Shown here in pieces: positions 58,366 to 64,000 of a stretch of 64,000 bases of DNA (the first letter of the stretch is position 1; each line of letters opens with the position of its first letter). The notes beneath the pieces are model-generated. The model was given only the letters and a program-made list of their open reading frames with translations, was not told where the DNA came from and ran no database searches. The stretch covers positions 1 through 64,000 of the forward strand of contig OY969807.1 in the NCBI GenBank assembly GCA_963703285.1. The letters run 5' to 3'. This DNA is from an uncultured Nitrososphaerota archaeon (lineage in GTDB: Archaea > Thermoproteota > Nitrososphaeria > Nitrososphaerales > Gagatemarchaeaceae). The position numbers and the translations under genes were made by a program.

Positions 58366-59400
58366 ATGGTCGACTACGCGCCGATGCTCGACGAGATGAA
58401 GCGGTTCAAGGCGAGGGTCGACCGCCTCGTCCTGGACGAGATACTCCCGGGCTCCCACGCCATACCAGAGGTCGAGCTCCTCTACAGGATGATGAGGGAC
58501 TACCCCGAGCGGGGCGGAAAGGGCATGAGGCCCTACATCTGCGTCACCAGCTGCAGGGCCTTCGGCGGGTCGGAGGAGGACGTCCTGCTCACCGCCTCCT
58601 GCCTGGAGCTCTTCCAGAACTGGATACTCATCCACGACGACATCGAGGACGGGTCCGAGCTCAGGCGCGGGTTGCCGGCGCTCCACAAGAAGTACGACTG
58701 GACCCTCGCCCTCAACGCGGGCGACGCTCTCCACGGGCGGATGTGGCAGGCTCTCCTCGGCAACAAGGAGAGGCTGGGCGGGGAGAGGACGCTCGAGATA
58801 ATGCGAGAGTTCGGGCGAATGATCAACGAGACAACCGAGGGGCAGCAGATGGAGCTCAGCTGGGTCGTCAACAGGACCTGGAAGCTCTCTGAGCACGACT
58901 ACTTCCGGATGTGCACGAAGAAGACCTCCTGGTATACGGCGATAAGCCCCATGCGGCTCGGCGGCCTGGCGGCCGGCGCCGACCGAGACGCCCTAGAGAC
59001 CCTGATAGGCGCCGGGACGAACCTGGGCGTCGCCTTCCAGATACACGACGACGTCCTCAACCTCTCCGCCGGCGCCAAGTACGGCAAGCAGTACGCTGAC
59101 GACCTCCTCGAGGGCAAGCGCACCCTCATCCTGATCCGCCTGCTGGAGGTGTGCAGCCGTGAGGAGAGGCAGAGAGTGGTCGAGCTCTTCGGCCTGTCCA
59201 GGGAGGAGCGCAAGCCGAGGCTCGACGAGCTGCTGGACTTGATAGACAAGTACAAGGTCCTGCCCTTCGCGAACGCGCGGGCCAACCAGCTCCTGGACGA
59301 CGCCCTCGCGACCCTCGGGAAGGTCCGCTGGCCGGGCGACGCGCAGGCGGTCCGGAGGCTCGAAGAGGTGGCGCGCTACTCTGTAGAGCGGGACTGGTAG
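58366..59400 (+). CDS. Geranylgeranyl diphosphate synthase (polyprenyl synthetase)
   Basis: GGKGMRP, LIHDDIED..RRG, FQIHDD, EGKRT. Confidence 0.92.
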   Translation: MVDYAPMLDEMKRFKARVDRLVLDEILPGSHAIPEVELLYRMMRDYPERGGKGMRPYICVTSCRAFGGSEEDVLLTASCLELFQNWILIHDDIEDGSELRRGLPALHKKYDWTLALNAGDALHGRMWQALLGNKERLGGERTLEIMREFGRMINETTEGQQMELSWVVNRTWKLSEHDYFRMCTKKTSWYTAISPMRLGGLAAGADRDALETLIGAGTNLGVAFQIHDDVLNLSAGAKYGKQYADDLLEGKRTLILIRLLEVCSREERQRVVELFGLSREERKPRLDELLDLIDKYKVLPFANARANQLLDDALATLGKVRWPGDAQAVRRLEEVARYSVERDW

Positions 59401-61121
59401 TGACCTTGTCCATCAGCGAGCAGGACCGTTCATCGATGGAGAAGTACGCGCTGCAGAACGCCGTACGGCACGGCGGGAGGGCGGAGACGGGCGCGGTCGT
59501 CTCGAAGGTCCTGGGGGACTCCGCCTCCCTGAGGTCGATCGCGAAGGACGTCGCCCGGGAGTCGGCGGAGGTCGTGGCGGCCGTCAACAAACTCACCCCC
59601 GAGCAGCAGGAGCGGGCGCTTCGGGAGAAGTACCCCGAGGCGCTGGAGGAGCGGAAGCAGGAGCAGAGGGTCGGGCTCCCCCCGCTGCAGGACGCGGTGA
59701 AGGGCGAGTTCGTCGTGAGGCTCCCCCCCGAGCCGTCCGGGTTCATGCACATCGGGCACGCCATGGCCGCCACCATAAACGACGTCTACAGGCAGATGTA
59801 CGACGGGAAGCTCTGGCTGAGGTTCGAGGACACCAACCCGAGGAAGGTGCAGGAGCGCTACTACGAGAGCTTCCGAAGGGGCTACTCCTGGCTTGGGATA
59901 AAGTGGGACCACGAGAAGAACGTCTCCAGCGACGTCGAGCTCATCTACGAGCACGTCCAGGACCTCATCGAGGCGGGGTCCGCCTACGCCTGCTCGTGCG
60001 CCCCGGACGTCATGAAGAAGATGAGGTTCGAGGGCGTCCCCTGCGAGCACCGGTCGAATAGCGTCGAGAGGAACGTCGCCATCTGGGACGAGATGCTCGC
60101 GAGGAAGCACAAGGAGGGGACCTACGTCATCAGGCTCAAGGGGGACCTCTCCAGCCTCGACTACTCCCTCCGCGACCCGAACATCGCCAGGATAATCGAC
60201 TACCCGCACCCCCTCACCGGCGACAAGTACGTCGTCTGGCCGACCTACGACTTCGAGGTCGTCGTCGAGGACCAGGTCTGCTCCGTCACACACGTCCTCC
60301 GGTCCTCCGAGTTCCACGTCGGACTGCAGGAGCTCGTCAGGAAGCTCCTCGGGTTCCCCGAGGTCAGCGTGATCCAGTTCTCGAGATACAACTTCAAGGG
60401 GACGCCGGTCCACAAGAGGTACCTCAGGCCGCTCGTCGAGCAGAAGCTCGTCTCGGGGTGGGACGACCCGAGGATGCCCACCATCGAGGGGGTGATCCGC
60501 CGCGGGATACTCCCCGAGTCCATACGCCAGTTCACGATGGACGTGGGGTACAGCAAGTCGGAGCACACCTTCGACTGGTCGCTCCTATTCGCCGTGAACA
60601 GGAAGCTTCTCGACCCCGTCACAAGGAGGTACTACTTCGTCCCCGACCCCGTCAGGCTCTCGATAGACAACGCGCCCATCAAGGACACCACGATCCCGTA
60701 CCATCCCCTCGAGAACCTCGGTTCGCGTACGGTGAGGTCCGCGGGCGAGTTCTACATCCCGGCGAGCGACCTCGCCGCGGCCGCCCCGGGCCAGGTCATC
60801 AGGCTGATGGAGCTCTTCAACTTCCAGCTCGTCTTCAAGAGCGCCGACCGCGCTCTCGGGCGCTTCACCGACGACGACCTGGTCCAGGGCAGCAAGAAGG
60901 TCCAGTGGGTCGTGGCCGGCCGTTCGCTCGAGATCGAGGTCCTGGAGCCCTCTGAGCTCTACAGGGACGACGGGACCTTCAACCCCGACAGCCTGAAGAC
61001 ACGGAGGGGCTTCGTTGAGGAGTCCTTCAAGGACCTGAAGGTGGGCGACATCGTCCAGTTCCCGCGCTATGGGTTCGTAAGGCTGGACGCGCCGGGACGC
61101 TGCGTGCTCGCACACGGCTAG
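59400..61121 (+). CDS. gltX: Glutamate--tRNA ligase
   Basis: PPEPSGFMHIGH, RFEDTNP, WDDPRMPT, QFPRYGF. Confidence 0.95.
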   Translation: MTLSISEQDRSSMEKYALQNAVRHGGRAETGAVVSKVLGDSASLRSIAKDVARESAEVVAAVNKLTPEQQERALREKYPEALEERKQEQRVGLPPLQDAVKGEFVVRLPPEPSGFMHIGHAMAATINDVYRQMYDGKLWLRFEDTNPRKVQERYYESFRRGYSWLGIKWDHEKNVSSDVELIYEHVQDLIEAGSAYACSCAPDVMKKMRFEGVPCEHRSNSVERNVAIWDEMLARKHKEGTYVIRLKGDLSSLDYSLRDPNIARIIDYPHPLTGDKYVVWPTYDFEVVVEDQVCSVTHVLRSSEFHVGLQELVRKLLGFPEVSVIQFSRYNFKGTPVHKRYLRPLVEQKLVSGWDDPRMPTIEGVIRRGILPESIRQFTMDVGYSKSEHTFDWSLLFAVNRKLLDPVTRRYYFVPDPVRLSIDNAPIKDTTIPYHPLENLGSRTVRSAGEFYIPASDLAAAAPGQVIRLMELFNFQLVFKSADRALGRFTDDDLVQGSKKVQWVVAGRSLEIEVLEPSELYRDDGTFNPDSLKTRRGFVEESFKDLKVGDIVQFPRYGFVRLDAPGRCVLAHG

Positions 61122-61286
61122 GACGCGGTCGGACGGGCGGTCGGCCGCAATCCCGGGTCACCGAGAGCAAGCCGAGATTGCCCGTGGAGCCCCCAAAGCG
61201 GCCTCAGGGCATCCTCGACTGGAGCGCGCTACCGACCAAGCTTATATGCACCCCGAAAACTGAGCCTGTGGGCGATATAGTTCGAG

Positions 61287-61667
61287 ATGACCCCGAAAGC
61301 CTATTTCGTAAAGTTCGAGACACCCAAGGAGGTATCGGAGGCTGCGTACGAGGTCCTGAGGCAGGCTTCCCGCTCCGGGAAGGTCCGGAAGGGGACCAAC
61401 GAGACGACCAAGGCGATAGAGCGCGGCCTGGCCAAGCTCGTCGTCATAGCCGAGGACACCGAGCCCCCCGAGGTCGTCGCGCACCTTCCTCTGCTATGCG
61501 ATGAGAGGAAGATCCCCTACGTCTTCGTCCCCTCCAAGGACCAGATCGGGCCGGCGATCGGCATAGACGTCCCGACGGCGGCCGCGGCCGTCATCGAAGC
61601 CGGTGAGGGGCAGCAGATCCTCGACCAGGTCACGCAGGAGCTGACCCGGGTGAGGTCCAAGCAATGA
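61287..61667 (+). CDS. rpl7ae: 50S ribosomal protein eL8/L7Ae
   Basis: [27 protein letters not shown]. Confidence 0.97.
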   Translation: MTPKAYFVKFETPKEVSEAAYEVLRQASRSGKVRKGTNETTKAIERGLAKLVVIAEDTEPPEVVAHLPLLCDERKIPYVFVPSKDQIGPAIGIDVPTAAAAVIEAGEGQQILDQVTQELTRVRSKQ

Positions 61668-61879
61668 GCAAGCAGGCCGCCGAGGACGTCACCCCCGCCG
61701 AGGTCGTCCAGATAGTCGGGCGGACCGGGGTCGCCGGGGAGATAACTCAGGTCAGGGTCAAGATCCTCGAGGGCAAGGAGAAGGGCAGGATCCTCACCAG
61801 GAACGTCAAGGGGCCCATAAGGCTGGCAGATGTGCTATTATTGCGAGATACGGAGCGCGAAGCTCGCAAGATAAAATAG
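61664..61879 (+). CDS. rps28e: 30S ribosomal protein eS28
   Basis: [20 protein letters not shown]. Confidence 0.96.
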   Translation: MSKQAAEDVTPAEVVQIVGRTGVAGEITQVRVKILEGKEKGRILTRNVKGPIRLADVLLLRDTEREARKIK

Positions 61880-61908
61880 AAATCTTTCATCATTTTGATG
61901 CTATTATC

Positions 61909-63186
61909 CTAAGACTTTCGTGTTGCCGCTTTTTTTCTGGATATACTCTCGCTTGGCATTGTCACCTTTCTGCTCCATCTTTGGACAGCCTCGAAGGAAA
62001 TGAGCAGGCCCATTGTTTCCGCAACTTCCTCGACAATGGCAGGAACGGATAGTCCTCGCCTCGTCAACTCGGCGATTCGATCTCGAATGTTCGCGGGCAG
62101 ACGTTCTTCCCGTCTGAGACGTCTGGTCGTGGCTAGAAGCTTCAGCTTCTGATAGCGGACCGTGTTCAGATGTGGCGCTAGAATTGGCGTCTGGAACGAC
62201 TTTACAGCTTGACTCTTTACGAGGTCGATTGCTTCTCTGCAGCGAAACGCCTTGAGACCGAAAGTCGCCAGGAAGCGAATCATAAGTTCCCAGTTTGGCC
62301 CAAGCCAGAGCTCCATCGATTGGGAGGCAACGTTGGGAGACCCATCTGACTCCGCAAGCCCCTGGAGAAGTCCAACTCTGAAGTCCTCAGGCGCAGACAG
62401 AATCCATTCCGATTTGATCGGGTGGTAAGTCGTGACTTCGCCGTCGCGCAATCCTAGCCCGACGCCGTAGAGCCAATCGATTAGCGGCGAGGATTGCGAA
62501 ATCCATTCGAAGAAGCCATTCGGTTTGCTCTCGGGCTTTGACAGGTCTGCCGCCCTATGCATTCGTAACCCCACACTCCACGCACAGACGCAAGTGAAAT
62601 CCCCGAGGGCGAGGTTTGTATCGTACTTCATGCTGAGCACCAGCCCAATATGTCTGTGGCCTGACTTCTGTTTGGATTTTGAACCATCGCCAATAATCAT
62701 TCCGTACAGAAAGCCGAGTAGGTATCTCCGGCTAAACGTCCTGTAATCAAGGGCCAAGGGCCTGAGTTGAAAGAGCACTTCCTCGACGTCGCTCCATGTC
62801 CTAACTTGGAGAGGAACTTGTACAAACTGACCGATGGGGATGGCGTACCCATGCGAACACTCAGTGTTAAGCCAGACTAGTCCCTGTCTCGCCATCCCCA
62901 ATTCAATGAATGCCTTAAGGTAATGCCCCAGCTTCGGCATTGTCTCGAGTAAGGACCATGAACGCACGGTTGTGTTGGAGGCCTTCAGACCCCAGCCGAT
63001 TGAGAATGGATTCTCGCCCCGGCATTTCGCCTGCATCACCCTCGCGAATTGGTGGTAACCAGTTACGTCTCTTTCTAGGGGTTCGCACCCTTTCCAGAAG
63101 CATTTCGTGAAATCTAGGCTGTCGCCATGCTCTGAGATATACGACCGGAGCGCATCCTTCCAGGGTTCCTCAGGCTGTCCTTCCAC
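61909..63186 (-). CDS. Free-standing double-motif LAGLIDADG homing endonuclease with C-terminal HTH
   Basis: LLGFLYGMIIGDGS and LLQGLAESDGS motifs; GLSVPAIVEEV...ISFEAVQRW HTH; low GC; TATA-like cttaaat (minus strand) at 63207-63213. Confidence 0.85.
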   Translation of the reverse strand: MEGQPEEPWKDALRSYISEHGDSLDFTKCFWKGCEPLERDVTGYHQFARVMQAKCRGENPFSIGWGLKASNTTVRSWSLLETMPKLGHYLKAFIELGMARQGLVWLNTECSHGYAIPIGQFVQVPLQVRTWSDVEEVLFQLRPLALDYRTFSRRYLLGFLYGMIIGDGSKSKQKSGHRHIGLVLSMKYDTNLALGDFTCVCAWSVGLRMHRAADLSKPESKPNGFFEWISQSSPLIDWLYGVGLGLRDGEVTTYHPIKSEWILSAPEDFRVGLLQGLAESDGSPNVASQSMELWLGPNWELMIRFLATFGLKAFRCREAIDLVKSQAVKSFQTPILAPHLNTVRYQKLKLLATTRRLRREERLPANIRDRIAELTRRGLSVPAIVEEVAETMGLLISFEAVQRWSRKVTMPSESISRKKAATRKS

Positions 63187-63270
63187 GCAATCCTATTCCA
63201 CGGTGCATTTAAGCGGCGAGGATCCAATTCGAACTAACTGTAATCGAACTGCGTCCTTCTCGAAAATGCA

Positions 63271-64000
63271 CTACCTCCGGCCCGGTGGTCTTCCCTTGAC
63301 GGTGTAACCTGCCGTCAGTCCTATGATTAGCAGCACCGCCATCGCCGCGTATGCCCACGATGGTGTCGCCGAAGCTGCGGGGGTCGCCGTTGAGGTTATC
63401 GTCTGTGTAGTCACGGTCGTCGGTTGCACGCTCGACGTGGATGCGGGTAGTGTCACAGTTACGGTCGGACCCGTAACCGTTATCGTGGGCCCGGTCGCGA
63501 TCTGAGTAATTGTCGCTGTCATGGATTCGGAAACCGTGGCCGTCACGGTCTGGGTAACAGTCACGAGGTTGGTAGTAGTCGTGGTCGTAGTGACCGTGGA
63601 CGCCGAGGGCTGCTGGCTAGAAGACGCCGTCTGCGTGGGCGACTGGGTCGCGCTCGACGAGGACGTGACGGCTGAGGACGAGGTGAAGGTGGACGACTGG
63701 CTGGGGTTGGACGCGGTCACCGACGGGTTGAGGGCGTCGAGAAGGTTGTAGGCGCTGCAGTCGTCGTGCATGCACGGCAAGCCGAATATCGACTCGATAA
63801 CCGTCGGGATTGAGTAGTGGCTCGCCAGATTGTGGTCGATTATCCCATTGGGCCCGTAGGGGGCGAGCATGATCATCGGGACCCGGTACCCGAACTGGCC
63901 CGGCGGCGTAACGTGGTCGTACCAACCGCCGGAGTCGTCCCAGGTGAGAAGCACCACCGTCGATTTCAGGTAGCCTGAGGAGTTGAGGTCGTCGATGACC
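63271..64000 (-). CDS. Phosphoesterase-family (phospholipase C/acid phosphatase-like) surface protein, 5' part outside the window
   Basis: TWDDSGGWYDHV, GYRVP, Ser/Thr-rich linker, C-terminal TM helix with basic tail. Confidence 0.8.
   Translation of the reverse strand, partial: VIDDLNSSGYLKSTVVLLTWDDSGGWYDHVTPPGQFGYRVPMIMLAPYGPNGIIDHNLASHYSIPTVIESIFGLPCMHDDCSAYNLLDALNPSVTASNPSQSSTFTSSSAVTSSSSATQSPTQTASSSQQPSASTVTTTTTTTNLVTVTQTVTATVSESMTATITQIATGPTITVTGPTVTVTLPASTSSVQPTTVTTQTITSTATPAASATPSWAYAAMAVLLIIGLTAGYTVKGRPPGRR

Noticed and set aside
61240-61295. Kink-turn in the rpl7ae leader
   Set aside because: CTGA and GATGA words are present, but I could not build a convincing stem and the CTGA probably lies upstream of the transcription start.
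63320-63720. Thr/Ser/Val-rich repetitive DNA
   Set aside because: It encodes a low-complexity surface-protein linker, not a repeat array.

Overview
High-GC archaeal chromosomal segment. Gene content and order point to Nitrososphaerota (Thaumarchaeota), probably a non-ammonia-oxidising lineage; this is an inference. It carries core operons: a bacterial-style SUF cluster, the uL22-to-cbf5 ribosomal protein superoperon, rps13-rps4-rps11-rpoD-...-eno-rps2, the mevalonate/isoprenoid cluster, gltX and rpl7ae-rps28e. It also has katG, purA, a form II coxL-like gene, deoxyhypusine synthase, a frameshifted glmS and a two-intron tRNA-Ser(GGA). Three low-GC LAGLIDADG homing-endonuclease elements stand out. 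(1) A 945-bp antisense free-standing endonuclease cassette is inserted at codon 12 of rps11 and appears to supply a recoded replacement 5' end for the gene, leaving the original start stranded upstream. (2) A 483-aa intein sits in cysteine desulfurase SufS right next to the PLP lysine. (3) A second antisense endonuclease abuts the AT-shifted 3' end of rps28e. Also notable is a half-size deoxyhypusine hydroxylase-like HEAT protein. All calls are from motif recognition by eye; no database searches were run.
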